A stretch of DNA of 62,863 bases, from positions 1-62,863 of the forward strand of contig JABDAT010000004.1 of assembly GCA_013288985.1 (NCBI GenBank). The letters run 5' to 3'. The position numbers and the translations under genes were made by a program. The notes under the pieces are model-generated. The model did not search any database and was not told the origin of the DNA. It saw only the letters and a program-made list of their open reading frames with translations. Below, piece after piece: positions 50,847 through 62,144 of this stretch (its first letter is position 1; each line of letters opens with the position of its first letter). Source of the stretch: Alphaproteobacteria bacterium. GTDB lineage: Bacteria; Pseudomonadota; Alphaproteobacteria; Rickettsiales; JABCZZ01.

Positions 50847-51278
50847 ATGAAAAAACTCATTCTAATTACGGCAATGCTGGGTGTATTGCATTTGCCAACG
50901 CTCGCATTTGCCAATGATGGCGATGGCCTGCCTCCCACACTCATGGAAAAAGCCATATCCAAATTGCCCAGTGACAAGGCTGAACAATTCCGCGATGCAC
51001 TGCAGTCCGCGCATGAAGAAAACGCGCCACTGTATGACCAGGCCAAGCAGCTGCACACGCAAATACATGACATCCTTGCCGCCGATAATTTTGACAGAGA
51101 CGCGTTTAATGCCAAAAACCAGGAACTGCGACAAGTGCATGATAAAATACGCACGAATCTAGACGATGCATTTGGCGCCGCGGTTTCGGATCTTTCCACT
51201 AGCGAACGCCAGACGCTACTGACTGCTCTGGAGCACCAGGAGCATAAAGTTCACAAGGCAGTAAAGAACGCAGGATAA
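50847..51278 (+). CDS. Periplasmic Spy/CpxP/ZraP-like helical protein
   Basis: Signal peptide; ILAADNFDRDAF; LSTSERQTL. Confidence 0.7.
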   Translation: MKKLILITAMLGVLHLPTLAFANDGDGLPPTLMEKAISKLPSDKAEQFRDALQSAHEENAPLYDQAKQLHTQIHDILAADNFDRDAFNAKNQELRQVHDKIRTNLDDAFGAAVSDLSTSERQTLLTALEHQEHKVHKAVKNAG

Positions 51279-51282
51279 TCAT

Positions 51283-51534
51283 ATGTTCATCACACAGAAG
51301 CATAAGATAATTGCACTTGCTCTTGGCACCTGTTGCATGCTTGCGAGTACGCCTGCCAATGCACGTCTCGACGTAGGCATCAACATCGGCGTTCCCGGTC
51401 CCGTGTATGCGGAGCCGAGCTACGTGGCACCAGTGTATGCTGAGCCCACCTATGCTGCGCCCGTTGTCTATCCTGCCTATTACCATAACCGGCATTATTT
51501 TCATGGCAGACGGGATTTCCATCATCGGCACTAG
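51283..51534 (+). CDS. Small secreted Pro/Tyr/His-rich protein
   Basis: Signal peptide, VGINIGVPGPVY, PVY repeats, His/Arg tail. Confidence 0.65.
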   Translation: MFITQKHKIIALALGTCCMLASTPANARLDVGINIGVPGPVYAEPSYVAPVYAEPTYAAPVVYPAYYHNRHYFHGRRDFHHRH

Positions 51535-51609
51535 TTGTTTTATGTGCAGCGGTGAGATTATTTGCTAAGGCCAGGACTCATGCGTTACCGCACCGAGGCC
51601 AAATCGCCT

Positions 51610-51629
51610 CAGACTCCGTGCTGCACCAT
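51610..51629 (+). repeat. Conserved module right end, copy 4 (terminal 20 bp only)
   Basis: CAGACTCCGTGCTGCACCAT identical to 36341-36360. Confidence 0.8.
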
Positions 51630-51775
51630 TTCTTATAGTGATTATTATGGCTGTTTTAAGCCAGGAAGGGTAGTTTATCTTGCTGAGCCGTGCCATCTCT
51701 TTGAATAAAGATGCTAATAACTTGATATAGACAAGCTCTTCATCATCTTTTATAACCCGGACTTCTTCTTATCCG

Positions 51776-51862
51776 GCCCGGATGGTGGAATTGGTAGACG
51801 CGCTAGCTTCAGGTGCTAGTGGCCGCAAGGTCGTGGAGGTTCGAGTCCTCTTCCGGGCACCA
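51776..51862 (+). tRNA. tRNA-Leu(CAG)
   Basis: GCCCGGA/TCCGGGC acceptor, CTAGC-TTCAGGT-GCTAG anticodon arm, long variable arm, CCA. Confidence 0.97.
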
Positions 51863-51916
51863 GCTATATTATATAAAGCATTTAGAATTATTATTGAGCA
51901 ATCAATAAGATAAACT

Positions 51917-54091
51917 CTATGCGCGTTTGCGGGCTCTCGTTGCTGCAAGCGATGCGGGAATCCAGCGTACGGTGGAAATAGGAATGATTTCTGCATTGTG
52001 GAATGCATTACGCCAACGCGCGCGCAGACCTGCAACCATGTCTTCCGCTACGGCTCTGATGCCAATGAAATGAACCAAAGCATAGGTAAAAAGCGCGGCA
52101 TTAAAACTTGCAAATGCCGCCTGCGGCAAGCGTGCCTGTTCGATATCCTGAACAGCAAAGGCTGTAAAGGCGATGGGAAGTATCACTTCTATCACGCAAT
52201 AAATAGCAGGCGCTGCAGTTCTTCCGGTGACTTTAGGTGTGCGTCCGAAGGGAATCTTCTTGCCTGTGATCATCTGTTGGAATTGTTTGAGTACGCCGCC
52301 CGTTACAATGGGAAACAGCATAAGATTAAGAGAGCATATGCGTAATACATCAGAGTAACGGTATCCGGCATTCTTCAGATCGCGGGCATAGAGAATAAAG
52401 AAAGGAATGGTGGAAAGGGGAAGCCATGAAGTTGAAGAAATATCCCCGAATGGATATACGAAAAACAATAGTGCCACTACGCATCCGCTGGTAGTGGAAG
52501 CCAGGTAATGAAAGCGCATGAACATTTCCTTAAGGAGCATGATATTCTTAGGCGCCCTGACAAGGTAACGCAGTAATTTGGGCAGAATAATAAGTCCACC
52601 GTTAGACCAGCGGCGGCGCTGAATGAGCAGAGAGCCAAAGTCAGGCGGCGTTGCGCTGAAAGTCATTCTTTCCGGATAGTTATAGAGCTTCCAGCCTTTA
52701 TCCACGAGATCGATAGTCGACTCGGTATCCTCAATCACAGTGCGATCCTGGATATAGATAGCCACCTGGTTTTTACCTTCCTGCTGTATTTCCTTAATGT
52801 CCTCTAATGCAGCTTTACGCAACATGGCGTTTGCACCTACCCAAAATGTTGCATTCCAATGTGTGTATCCCTGATGGGTCAGGAACTGCACATCAATGCA
52901 GGCGCCTGCCGTGCGTTCAATCGGATTCGGGCATCCGGGAAAAGACGAGCAGGGAGATTGAATAACCGCCAGCTGCCGGTTTTCCGGCTGTTCCATGATA
53001 TGAATCAGGCGCAGCGCATAATCGGAAAGCATTAAACTGTCAGCGTCGATAGTGTCCACATAATCGGAATCAGGAATGGTAAAGTCGGCATTTTCGTCAA
53101 AAGATTCGTGCAATTCCCAGCCATTATCTGTTTCGACTTCTGCCCATGATTTTCCCATCAATGCGATATAGCTGTTGAGATTCATTGCTTTATTGGATTG
53201 CTGCGAAAGGTTGCTGTATTTCTTGCGCTCAAAGCTCGTAAAGCGAACATTAAAAAAGCTTGCCAGGCGCGCATAATGTTGATTAAGCAATGCTTCATCC
53301 GTTATTTCTTCATCCGCAATTTTTTGGCGCAGTTCGCAAGCGGTGCTTTGATGCTGTTTTGCAAGCGTATCTATAATCGAATCCACAAAGAAACGGTCGG
53401 CATAAGGCAATGCCTCCAGTGTCCGCCCTGCCATAAAATCAAGCGCAAGCTTTTCCAGCCATTCTGCAACTTCTTCGTACAGCATGGATAGGCGGTTAAG
53501 TTCAATGCCTGTGTGAATAGCCTGCGTGTTTTGGCGTTGCAGGAATAATTCATGTTCCATGTTAAAGCGTTTGGCCTGTGCATCGAACAGGGTTTGCAAT
53601 TCTGCAGGGATAAGACGTGTATCTTCCAGCTTTAGCATGTCTTCCAGAGCTTTGGCGTGATAGGGGTCGTCAATAAGCAGCACAACATTCTTGCCGGGAT
53701 ATTCTGCCAGCGCCGCTGAGATTAGTGTCTGCCAGATTACGGTGCGTTCTTCTTTGTAGGAGGGGACTAAGACAGAAAGGGTGGGGGCATCTATTCTGCT
53801 GTATATGGTCTCCAGTATTTCACGGGAGACGGGGACATGTTTCTCACGGCGTTTGTAATATCCCAGCAGGCAAATCTGATAAAGAAGCGTGCTATAGACC
53901 ATAAAAACTATGCAGACAGCGAAGAAAGCCGTTTCTAATACTAAATGGGTATTACCAGCAAGATACGCGTTATAGCTCTTTTGTGCCAGAAAATGGAATA
54001 ATCCTGCAAGCAAACCAAGGGTCATGAACAGAGCGGCAGTGGTTATGTATTTTTCACGCGTATAGTTTATTACTCTGTTACTGACGGCCAT
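51917..54091 (-). CDS. Processive GT2 glycosyltransferase (cellulose-synthase-like)
   Basis: LIDD, NKAMNLN, IDADS, IEDT, QRRRW; TM segments at both ends. Confidence 0.88.
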   Translation of the reverse strand: MAVSNRVINYTREKYITTAALFMTLGLLAGLFHFLAQKSYNAYLAGNTHLVLETAFFAVCIVFMVYSTLLYQICLLGYYKRREKHVPVSREILETIYSRIDAPTLSVLVPSYKEERTVIWQTLISAALAEYPGKNVVLLIDDPYHAKALEDMLKLEDTRLIPAELQTLFDAQAKRFNMEHELFLQRQNTQAIHTGIELNRLSMLYEEVAEWLEKLALDFMAGRTLEALPYADRFFVDSIIDTLAKQHQSTACELRQKIADEEITDEALLNQHYARLASFFNVRFTSFERKKYSNLSQQSNKAMNLNSYIALMGKSWAEVETDNGWELHESFDENADFTIPDSDYVDTIDADSLMLSDYALRLIHIMEQPENRQLAVIQSPCSSFPGCPNPIERTAGACIDVQFLTHQGYTHWNATFWVGANAMLRKAALEDIKEIQQEGKNQVAIYIQDRTVIEDTESTIDLVDKGWKLYNYPERMTFSATPPDFGSLLIQRRRWSNGGLIILPKLLRYLVRAPKNIMLLKEMFMRFHYLASTTSGCVVALLFFVYPFGDISSTSWLPLSTIPFFILYARDLKNAGYRYSDVLRICSLNLMLFPIVTGGVLKQFQQMITGKKIPFGRTPKVTGRTAAPAIYCVIEVILPIAFTAFAVQDIEQARLPQAAFASFNAALFTYALVHFIGIRAVAEDMVAGLRARWRNAFHNAEIIPISTVRWIPASLAATRARKRA

Positions 54092-54227
54092 GGTATCTTG
54101 CTCTCTTAAAATAGTTCGATTTTCGGCTTATCTTATTGATTATTAATGATAAGCTCTGTAGTGTCCCAAGGGGCACTGTATAGATTTCAGCGCCGCATTC
54201 AAATTAACATTTTGTAATAATTGGGCT

Positions 54228-55112
54228 CTAGCGAGTGCGGCCTATTATCCCTGACGCAAGAAAAACACCGCTGGAAACCGCTGCTACACCCGTCCATTCC
54301 AGGGCGGAAGGGATCTCCCCCAGTACGGGGATGGCAAGCAGGGTGGAAAATACCGGGACCAGTGGAATAAGCGCGCCGGCACGCGATGCGCCCAGTATAT
54401 GAATGCCAGCATTAAAGGAAATAAGCGCTATGATCGCTGTTAATATGCCTTGGTAAAAAGATTGGAATGCTACTTCATGCCAGTTTTGCATGCTGATATG
54501 GCTATGCACGAACAGCAGGTAAAACGGCATATAAAATATCATCGAAAGAACGCATACGGCAGTGGCAGCCTGAAGCGCGTTGGCTTTCCAGGCACGCACC
54601 AGAATTACGTACCCGGCCCATAAGCTGCCGCTTATTACAAACAGCAAATGCCCGAACCATTGATCGGACCCGCCATATGCGTTTTTGGCGGCAAGCATGC
54701 AGCAAATGCCAAGCACGCTGCAGGCGACACCGGCAATCCGCAATAAAGAGGTGGGTTCGCGCAGGGCATAAATACCCGCTATCGTAGTGAACACTAATAA
54801 TGTGCCGTTAATAACGGTGCTGGCATGCGAAGCGGGGGCAAATGCCATGCCGGCAATTGCAATATTGGTATAGGGCGCTCCCATTAACAGCGATAATATG
54901 AAACCTCCCAGCAGGCCTTTGGGCCCAATGCGCAGCCCATGTTTGAATGCAAATGGCAATAGCAATATTCCGCTTACGGTAAAGCGTATGGCGGTGATAT
55001 CGTAAGCGGTTAAAGTGCCTTTGACTGCAAAGCGGCTTGCAACCATCCATCCCGACCAGACGCAGATCGAAAACAGCACATAGGCAAATCCTTTAAACAT
55101 ATTGGATTGCAT
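54228..55112 (-). CDS. DMT/EamA family transporter
   Basis: About 10 hydrophobic segments; IRF, APASHA, LGASRA, VLGE. Confidence 0.88.
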   Translation of the reverse strand: MQSNMFKGFAYVLFSICVWSGWMVASRFAVKGTLTAYDITAIRFTVSGILLLPFAFKHGLRIGPKGLLGGFILSLLMGAPYTNIAIAGMAFAPASHASTVINGTLLVFTTIAGIYALREPTSLLRIAGVACSVLGICCMLAAKNAYGGSDQWFGHLLFVISGSLWAGYVILVRAWKANALQAATAVCVLSMIFYMPFYLLFVHSHISMQNWHEVAFQSFYQGILTAIIALISFNAGIHILGASRAGALIPLVPVFSTLLAIPVLGEIPSALEWTGVAAVSSGVFLASGIIGRTR

Positions 55113-55750
55113 TATAGTGCCGTTTCCTTAAGTGCCGCCTGATACCATTCCTGGAAAATGGGCAGATTAACAATGGCATCCATATAATGTTTACTCGTAT
55201 CAGAAAGAGTAAAGCCGTACGTTATGAAGCGGCTTACGACGGGGGCATACATTGCATCGGCGATGGTGAAGTTGCCATAAAGGAATGGGCCGCCAGCGGA
55301 GATGCCAAATTGCCCGCGCGCTTCACGCCATATCTGTTCGATACGATTGATATCGAGATGTACATCAGCATCAGGCCGCATGATTTCGCGTTTGCTCATT
55401 TCCATAGGGTGTTTGCTGCGCAATGCCTGAAAGCTGGAATGCATCTCGGCGCTGGCGCTGCGCGCATGCATGCGCGCAGCCGTCTCCGTGGGCCAGAGTT
55501 TGGCATCTGGAAATTGTTCGGCAAGCGTTTCCGCGATCGCAAGTGAATCCCATACCGGACGATTGTCTATGAATAACATAGGCACTGAGCCGGAAGGAGA
55601 ATATTGCAGTATATTCTGTTTGCTGTCTTTTTGGCGCAGGACAATATTCACCTCTTTAAAAGAAACGCCCGTAGCCTTTAGTGCAAGCCAGGCGCGCATT
55701 GACCAGGAGGAATAATTCTTGTTGCCGATAACGATTGTGTAGGAAGTCAT
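55112..55750 (-). CDS. Glutathione S-transferase family protein
   Basis: IGNKNYSSWSMRAWL, WDSLAIAE, SAEMHSSF, FTIADAMYAPV. Confidence 0.92.
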   Translation of the reverse strand: MTSYTIVIGNKNYSSWSMRAWLALKATGVSFKEVNIVLRQKDSKQNILQYSPSGSVPMLFIDNRPVWDSLAIAETLAEQFPDAKLWPTETAARMHARSASAEMHSSFQALRSKHPMEMSKREIMRPDADVHLDINRIEQIWREARGQFGISAGGPFLYGNFTIADAMYAPVVSRFITYGFTLSDTSKHYMDAIVNLPIFQEWYQAALKETAL

Positions 55751-55850
55751 GAATTCGTATCCTTTATTAATATGTATGAGTCAGCCATTGCATAAATCCG
55801 GCTTGACCGCTAGATAGAAAGTGATCAATGCAGCTATGAAGGGAACGCGC

Positions 55851-56258
55851 ATGTGGAAAGAATTTAAAGAATTCGCCATGAAAGGCAATGTAGTCGACCT
55901 TGCCGTCGGTGTTATCATTGGCGCGGCCTTCGGCCAGATCGTGACGTCGCTGGTCACCGACATCATTATGCCGCCGATAGGCCTCCTTCTTGGCGGAATC
56001 GATTTTTCCGATTTCTATATCAATCTTTCGCACACGGCTTATGCAACGCTTGCGGATGCAAAAAAGGCGGGTGCGCCGACTATCAATTACGGCATTTTCT
56101 TAAACCAGGTGATTCATTTCCTGATTGTCGCCTTCGCCATATTTATTGTCGTTAAACAGGTGAATCGCTTTAAAAGCAAACAGGCGGCAGAGCCCCAGAC
56201 GATGCCTGCGCAGGAAAAACTGCTCACCGAAATTCGCGATTTATTAAAAGGGAAATAA
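55851..56258 (+). CDS. mscL: Large-conductance mechanosensitive channel
   Basis: [33 protein letters not shown]. Confidence 0.96.
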   Translation: MWKEFKEFAMKGNVVDLAVGVIIGAAFGQIVTSLVTDIIMPPIGLLLGGIDFSDFYINLSHTAYATLADAKKAGAPTINYGIFLNQVIHFLIVAFAIFIVVKQVNRFKSKQAAEPQTMPAQEKLLTEIRDLLKGK

Positions 56259-56259
56259 C

Positions 56260-57663
56260 ATGACAGATACAACCTACGATCTCATAGTCATTGGCGGTGG
56301 CCCGGGCGGTTACGTCGCTGCTATTCGCGCAGCGCAGCTGGGCATGAAGGTGGCTTGCGTGGAAAAACGCGGGAGCCTGGGCGGCACCTGTCTCAATGTC
56401 GGCTGCATTCCTTCCAAGGCGCTGTTGCATTCATCCGAGTTATTTGAAGAAGCCAAACACGGCCAGAAGCACGGCATCGTCGGCAAGATAAGCCTGGATC
56501 TTAAAGCATTGCTTGCTCGTAAAGACGAAGTGGTGGTGAATCTTACCAAAGGCATCGAAGGGTTGTTTAAGAAAAATAAAGTCGATTACGTTATCGGCTC
56601 CGGCATGATTGCCAAACCAGGGCAGGTGGGCGTTACCACTCCTGACGGCAAATCACTTCTGCTGGTGGCTAAGAATATTCTGATTGCCACCGGTTCTGAA
56701 GTGACGCCGCTGCCAGGCGTGACGGTAGATGAAAAACGTGTGGTGTCTTCTACAGGTGCGCTTAGTTTGCCTAATGTTCCCAAAAAACTGGTCATCATTG
56801 GTGCGGGTGTGATTGGTCTGGAGCTTGGTTCCGTATGGCGCAGGTTGGGCGCTGAAGTAACGGTGATTGAATTTTTGGATCGCATTACTCCTGCTATGGA
56901 TATGGAAGTTTCGCGTCAGTTCCAGAAAATTTTGGAAAAGCAGGGCATTCAGTTTAAACTCGCTATGAAAGTATCCGGCGTCAAGGCATCCAATAAAGAT
57001 GTGGTGGTAAGCGCTGAACCGGTTGCCGGTGGTAAAGCGGAAGATTTCAAAGCGGATTATGCATTGGTTGCCATTGGCCGCCGTCCTTACACGCAAGGGC
57101 TGGGCTTGAAGGAAATTGGTGTTGAGCTCGATGAACGCGGACGCGTGAAAGTGGATGGCCATTTCCAGACGAATGTGGCGGGTATTTACGCGATTGGCGA
57201 CGTTATTGCCGGGCCCATGCTTGCGCACAAGGCAGAAGAAGACGGTATTGCGGCGGTTGAAACCATGGCGGGGCAGTCAGGGCATGTAAATTATAACCTG
57301 GTGCCAAGCGTCGTCTATACTATGCCGGAAGTGGCCTGCGTCGGCAAAACCGAAGAGCAGTTAAAGAGCGAGAATGTGCAATATAAAGTCGGTAAATTCC
57401 CTTTCCTTGCCAATTCGCGCGCGCGCACGATGGGCAATACCGACGGCTTCGTGAAAATACTGGCGGATGCCAAAACTGATGAAGTATACGGCGTCCATAT
57501 CATTGGCCCGCAAGCCGGCACCATGATCGCCGAAGCTGCCATCGCCATGGAATTCCGCGCATCATCTGAAGATATCGCCCGCACCTGCCATTCGCATCCG
57601 GATTTGAATGAAGCGATTAAAGAGGCGGCATTGGCAGTGGATGGCAGAGCGATACATATTTAG
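56260..57663 (+). CDS. lpdA: Dihydrolipoyl dehydrogenase
   Basis: GGGPGGY, GGTCLNVGCIPSK, MLAHKA, HSHPDLNE. Confidence 0.96.
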   Translation: MTDTTYDLIVIGGGPGGYVAAIRAAQLGMKVACVEKRGSLGGTCLNVGCIPSKALLHSSELFEEAKHGQKHGIVGKISLDLKALLARKDEVVVNLTKGIEGLFKKNKVDYVIGSGMIAKPGQVGVTTPDGKSLLLVAKNILIATGSEVTPLPGVTVDEKRVVSSTGALSLPNVPKKLVIIGAGVIGLELGSVWRRLGAEVTVIEFLDRITPAMDMEVSRQFQKILEKQGIQFKLAMKVSGVKASNKDVVVSAEPVAGGKAEDFKADYALVAIGRRPYTQGLGLKEIGVELDERGRVKVDGHFQTNVAGIYAIGDVIAGPMLAHKAEEDGIAAVETMAGQSGHVNYNLVPSVVYTMPEVACVGKTEEQLKSENVQYKVGKFPFLANSRARTMGNTDGFVKILADAKTDEVYGVHIIGPQAGTMIAEAAIAMEFRASSEDIARTCHSHPDLNEAIKEAALAVDGRAIHI

Positions 57664-57670
57664 TATTTTT

Positions 57671-57913
57671 AGGGGGCGAGCATAGTTCGCCCCCGCTGCC
57701 GCTCCCCCTTGCGCTTTGCGCGGGGTCGTCGTAAAGAACTCCTCCTCGCGTACGGATAGGTCTGCGTCAATTCCCGTGTCATCCCGGAAGGTGAGCCAGC
57801 AGGCAAACCTGTCCAGTTTGTCATGCCGCACGTGTTGCGGCATCTCCCGCTGCTGAAGGAGACCCCGCAACACGTGCGGGGTGACAGTAAGGAGGCGGGG
57901 ACTCGCAATGACA
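57671..57913. repeat. Composite palindromic REP/RPE-like repeats
   Basis: CATGCCGCAC.TGTTGCGGCATCTCCC..GGAGACCCCGCAA...TGCGGGGTGACA (about 57826-57886) is nearly identical to about 62589-62652; flanked by GTCAT..CTCGCAATGAC and a GGTCGTCG..CTCCTCC unit. Confidence 0.8.
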
Positions 57914-57914
57914 A

Positions 57915-58823
57915 CTACTCCCTCGTAATCATCGTCCCGGCGCCGTGTTCGGTGAAGGTCTCAACCAGCAATACATGTTCCACCCGGCCATCTAAGATAT
58001 GCGCGGCACCGCAACCATTTTCCACCGCATGAATGCAGGTTTCGATCTTGGGAATCATGCCGCCGGTGATGGTACCGTTCTTGGTGAGCTTGCGCGCTTC
58101 TTTTGGCGTCAACTGGCTGATGAGGTTTTTGTCTTTATCAAGCAAGCCTGCAACATCGGTCAGGATAATCAGTTTGGATGCCTGGATTGCCGAAGCGATT
58201 GCGCCAGCGGCAGTATCAGCATTGATATTATAGGTTTCGCCTTTATCGCCTACGCCAATGGGCGCGATAACCGGCACAATGTCGGACTGATAGAGCGAAT
58301 CAAGAATGTCAGGATCGATGGCGCTGGGCTCGCCGACAAAACCCAAATCGAGCACGCGCTCAATATTGGAATCGGGATCTTTCATTTTTCGCGTTACGCG
58401 CTTGGCGCGGATGAGATTCGCATCCTTGCCCGATAATCCCACTGCTTTGCCGCCGGCTTCGTTGATAGCGGTAACGATTTGCTTATTGATGGAGCCGGAA
58501 AGCACCATCTCGACAATCTCAACGGTTGCCGCATCGGTTACGCGTAATCCATCGATAAACGAGCTTTTGATTTTGAGGCGCTCCAGCATCTTACCAATCT
58601 GCGGGCCGCCGCCATGCACGACTACGGGATTGATGCCGACCTGCTTCATGAGGATCACATCACGTGCAAACTTTTTCAGCAGCGCTTCTTCGCCCATGGC
58701 GTGGCCGCCGTATTTAATCACGAAGGTTTCCCCAGCGAACTGGCGCATATAGGGCAGGGCCTCGGACAAGGTTTTTGCCGTCTTAAGCCAGGTATCGGGA
58801 GTTTTGGAATCTCTGTTCTTCAT
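57915..58823 (-). CDS. argB: Acetylglutamate kinase
   Basis: [29 protein letters not shown]. Confidence 0.96.
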   Translation of the reverse strand: MKNRDSKTPDTWLKTAKTLSEALPYMRQFAGETFVIKYGGHAMGEEALLKKFARDVILMKQVGINPVVVHGGGPQIGKMLERLKIKSSFIDGLRVTDAATVEIVEMVLSGSINKQIVTAINEAGGKAVGLSGKDANLIRAKRVTRKMKDPDSNIERVLDLGFVGEPSAIDPDILDSLYQSDIVPVIAPIGVGDKGETYNINADTAAGAIASAIQASKLIILTDVAGLLDKDKNLISQLTPKEARKLTKNGTITGGMIPKIETCIHAVENGCGAAHILDGRVEHVLLVETFTEHGAGTMITRE

Positions 58824-58834
58824 CGTTTTCTCAC

Positions 58835-59446
58835 TTATTGTACAAATCGCGCAAGTTCAGCTCTTAAATCGCTAATACCATCTTTAGTATTGGAACTGGT
58901 AGCAATAATTTCGGGATGCGCCGCCGGGTGCTTTTTAAGCTTAAGGAGCGTTGCTTCCTTCACCTGCTCAAGTTCAATCGGTTTTATCTTATCGCCCTTG
59001 GTGAGCACAAGCTGGTAGCTGACAGCCACTTTATCGAGCAGTTTCATAATCTCAATATCGGTATCTTTCAGGCCATGGCGCGAGTCAATCAGCACACAGA
59101 CGCGCTGCAGATTAGGCCTGCCTGCCAGATAATCTTTTACAAGCTTTGTCCACACCGCCACATCTTTTTTGGATGCTTTCGCGTAGCCATATCCCGGCAA
59201 GTCCACCATCATCAAGGCATCGGCCAGCAGGAAGAAGTTGATTTCGCGCGTGCGCCCCGGGGTGTTGGAGGATTTGGCAAGCGTGCTCTTGCCGGTGAGC
59301 GCATTGACCAGGCTGGATTTGCCGACATTAGAGCGCCCGGCAAATGCCACTTCGGGGTAATGCATCGGAGGCAGCAGGTCGAGCGCTACGCCGCCCATAA
59401 CAAAATTACAGGGTTTGGCAAAGAAACTATCAGGTGAAATATCCAT
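58835..59446 (-). CDS. engB: Ribosome biogenesis GTPase YihA/YsxC
   Basis: [23 protein letters not shown]. Confidence 0.95.
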   Translation of the reverse strand: MDISPDSFFAKPCNFVMGGVALDLLPPMHYPEVAFAGRSNVGKSSLVNALTGKSTLAKSSNTPGRTREINFFLLADALMMVDLPGYGYAKASKKDVAVWTKLVKDYLAGRPNLQRVCVLIDSRHGLKDTDIEIMKLLDKVAVSYQLVLTKGDKIKPIELEQVKEATLLKLKKHPAAHPEIIATSSNTKDGISDLRAELARFVQ

Positions 59447-59496
59447 AATGAGTGTGTAATAGCCGGGACTCACCCGACTATCCATCAAAAAATAAG

Positions 59497-59524
59497 GGGG
59501 ATTCCCGCCTATGCGGGAATGACG
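59497..59524. repeat. Short REP-like palindrome
   Basis: GATTCCCGCCTATGCGGGAATGAC. Confidence 0.6.
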
Positions 59525-59562
59525 CTTTAAAAGAAGGGGTTATATTGCTATATGTTTTCATT

Positions 59563-60588
59563 ATGACCCCACTCACACGCCGCAGGTTAAGACTTTTTTG
59601 CGCCAATTCGCGCGGGTACTGGTCATTTTGGATATTTGGGTGTTTGTTTCTGGTGAGCCTGTTTGCCGAATTCATCGCCAACGACAAACCTATACTTCTT
59701 AAGTATCATGATCATTATTATTTCCCGGTGGTGCGGTTTTACCCGGAAACCACTTTTGGCGGCGATTTCCTGACCGAAACCGATTACCGGGAGCCGTATA
59801 TAGTTCAAAAAATAAACCAGGATGGCTGGATGCTATGGCCGCCAATCCATTACAGCTACCAGAGCATCAATTATGACGCTGTGCCTGCACCTTCCAGGCC
59901 CACGAGTGAGAATCTGCTGGGTACTGACGATCAAGGGCGCGACGTGCTGGCGCGTCTCATTTATGGCTTTCGCATCTCGGTATTATTTGGCCTTGCGCTT
60001 ACCATTATCAGTTCGGTTATCGGCATTGCGGCAGGCGCAGTTTCAGGTTATTTCGGCGGGCTTACCGATTTGCTGTTGCAACGCTTCATGGAAATCTGGG
60101 GCGGGTTGCCGGAACTCTATCTGCTCATTATTCTGGCAAGCATCGTTGAGCCTAATTTCTGGTGGCTTTTAAGCCTTATGATTTTGTTTTCCTGGATGTC
60201 GCTGGTGCATGTGGTGCGCGCGGAATTCCTGCGCACGCGCAACTTCGATTATGTCCGCGCCGCGCGCGCGCTGGGAGTGGGAGAGTGGACGATATTGCGC
60301 CGCCATGTATTGCCCAATGCGTTCGTTTCCGCGCTGACGTTTATCCCGTTCATTCTCAATGGCTCCATCACTACTTTAACGTCATTGGATTTTCTTGGGT
60401 TCGGATTGCCGCCGGGTTCGCCTTCGCTGGGCGAATTGCTGGCGCAGGGCAAAACCAATCCGCAAGCGCCGTGGCTTGGCATCACCGGATTTATGACGCT
60501 GGCCATTATGCTGAGCCTGCTTGTTTTTATCGGCGAAGCGGTGCGTGATGCGCTCGATCCGCGCAAGACGTTGAGCAAACCCGTATGA
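59563..60588 (+). CDS. yejE: Peptide/microcin C ABC transporter permease
   Basis: AEFIANDKP, LGTDDQGRDV, LDFLGFGLPPGSPSLGELL. Confidence 0.9.
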   Translation: MTPLTRRRLRLFCANSRGYWSFWIFGCLFLVSLFAEFIANDKPILLKYHDHYYFPVVRFYPETTFGGDFLTETDYREPYIVQKINQDGWMLWPPIHYSYQSINYDAVPAPSRPTSENLLGTDDQGRDVLARLIYGFRISVLFGLALTIISSVIGIAAGAVSGYFGGLTDLLLQRFMEIWGGLPELYLLIILASIVEPNFWWLLSLMILFSWMSLVHVVRAEFLRTRNFDYVRAARALGVGEWTILRRHVLPNAFVSALTFIPFILNGSITTLTSLDFLGFGLPPGSPSLGELLAQGKTNPQAPWLGITGFMTLAIMLSLLVFIGEAVRDALDPRKTLSKPV

Positions 60589-62141
60589 GCATCATTTCCG
60601 TTTCCAACCTGCAAATTGATGCTGATGTTGCGTTAGTAAAAGGCGTATCATTTGAGATTAAAAAGGGCGAAATCCTGGCGCTGGTCGGCGAGTCAGGATC
60701 GGGCAAAACGCTTACTGCGCTTTCCGTTATGGGCCTGCTGCCTGCGGGATTGCAGCAAAGCGGAAAGATAGTGTTTGAGCAAGGCCGCATTCCCATACGC
60801 GGGCGCGATATGGGCATGATTTTCCAGGAGCCGATGACCTCGCTTAATCCGCTCCATACGCTTGGCAAACAGATTGGCGAAGCGGTGCGGATTCATGATA
60901 AAACCATTTCCAAATCCAGGCTCAATGCCAGGGTTCTGGAACTTCTGGATGCAGTGGGGCTTGGCCATTTCAGCGCGCGCCTTAACGCCTATCCGCATCA
61001 GCTTTCCGGCGGCGAGCGCCAGCGCGTGATGATTGCGATGGCGATTGCCAATAACCCGGCGCTACTCATCGCCGATGAACCCACCACTGCGCTTGACGTT
61101 ACCATTCAGGCGCAAATTTTGACCTTGCTTAAGGAGTTGCAAAGTAAACTGGGAATGTCTGTGCTGCTTATCACCCACGACCTCACCATTGTGCGCAGGA
61201 TTGCCGGTCGCGTGGCGATTATGGCGCAAGGGGAGATTGTTGAAACCGGCGTGACTACGGATATTTTCAAGAACCCGCAACATTCTTATACCAAACATTT
61301 ACTCGCCTCTGAGCCCAAATCGGCTCCGGGCGCCCAATCCGTCAATGCCCAAGCACTTCTGGAATGCAGCGATCTCAGTGTCGCTTATCCCAAAGCCCAG
61401 CCTTTCTTTACCCTGAAAAAAACTTATCAAACGGTGCTCAATCAGGTTTCATTTTTAGTTCCTGAAGGTTCTACGCTTGGCATTGTCGGTGAATCGGGAT
61501 CGGGCAAAACCACGCTGGCACTGGCGTTGCTGCGTCTTGCTCCCAGCACTGGCAAAATCGTATTTGCAGGTATGGCGATTGATGGGCTTCAAGGCCGCGA
61601 TTTGCGCGCCAAACGCCGCGACATGCAGATCGTGTTTCAGGACCCTTATGGCAGCCTCAATCCGCGCATGACGATTGACAGCATCATCCGCGAGGGGCTG
61701 GATGTGCATGAGCCCGCTGCCAGCGTTACTGAGCGTGAAGCAAGAGTGAAAGTCATTTTGCAGGAGGTCGGACTCACCCCTGACATGGGCCAGCGCTACC
61801 CGCATGAATTCTCCGGCGGCCAGCGCCAGCGCATCAGTATCGCGCGCGCGCTCATCCTGAAGCCTAAGCTAATCATTCTCGATGAGCCGACTTCAGCGCT
61901 CGATCTTTCCGTCCAGGCGCAAATCCTTGCATTGCTCAAAGACCTGCAACAAAAACATGGACTTACTTACATTTTCATCAGCCATGATTTGCGCACTATC
62001 CGCTCCATCAGTCACCATATCTTAGTGCTGCAAAAAGGCGAAGTGGTTGAAACCGGCAGCGCTGAACAGATATTCACCGCGCCGAAAGCAGAGTATACGC
62101 GTCAACTGCTCGAAGCTGCTTTTGGAGAAGTTGATGGTTAG
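60585..62141 (+). CDS. yejF: ABC transporter double-ATPase
   Basis: Two GESGSGKT motifs; LSGGERQR and FSGGQRQR. Confidence 0.88.
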   Translation: MSIISVSNLQIDADVALVKGVSFEIKKGEILALVGESGSGKTLTALSVMGLLPAGLQQSGKIVFEQGRIPIRGRDMGMIFQEPMTSLNPLHTLGKQIGEAVRIHDKTISKSRLNARVLELLDAVGLGHFSARLNAYPHQLSGGERQRVMIAMAIANNPALLIADEPTTALDVTIQAQILTLLKELQSKLGMSVLLITHDLTIVRRIAGRVAIMAQGEIVETGVTTDIFKNPQHSYTKHLLASEPKSAPGAQSVNAQALLECSDLSVAYPKAQPFFTLKKTYQTVLNQVSFLVPEGSTLGIVGESGSGKTTLALALLRLAPSTGKIVFAGMAIDGLQGRDLRAKRRDMQIVFQDPYGSLNPRMTIDSIIREGLDVHEPAASVTEREARVKVILQEVGLTPDMGQRYPHEFSGGQRQRISIARALILKPKLIILDEPTSALDLSVQAQILALLKDLQQKHGLTYIFISHDLRTIRSISHHILVLQKGEVVETGSAEQIFTAPKAEYTRQLLEAAFGEVDG

Positions 62142-62144
62142 AAG

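Noticed and set aside
57562-58032. Short ORFs over the palindromic repeats (also 62241-62653) and the many antisense ORFs in the track
   Set aside because: They are translations of repeats or shadows of well-supported genes on the other strand or frame.
55851-62141. lpdA without pdh/suc neighbours and yejEF without yejAB
   Set aside because: Operon splitting is ordinary and the partners probably lie elsewhere in the genome.
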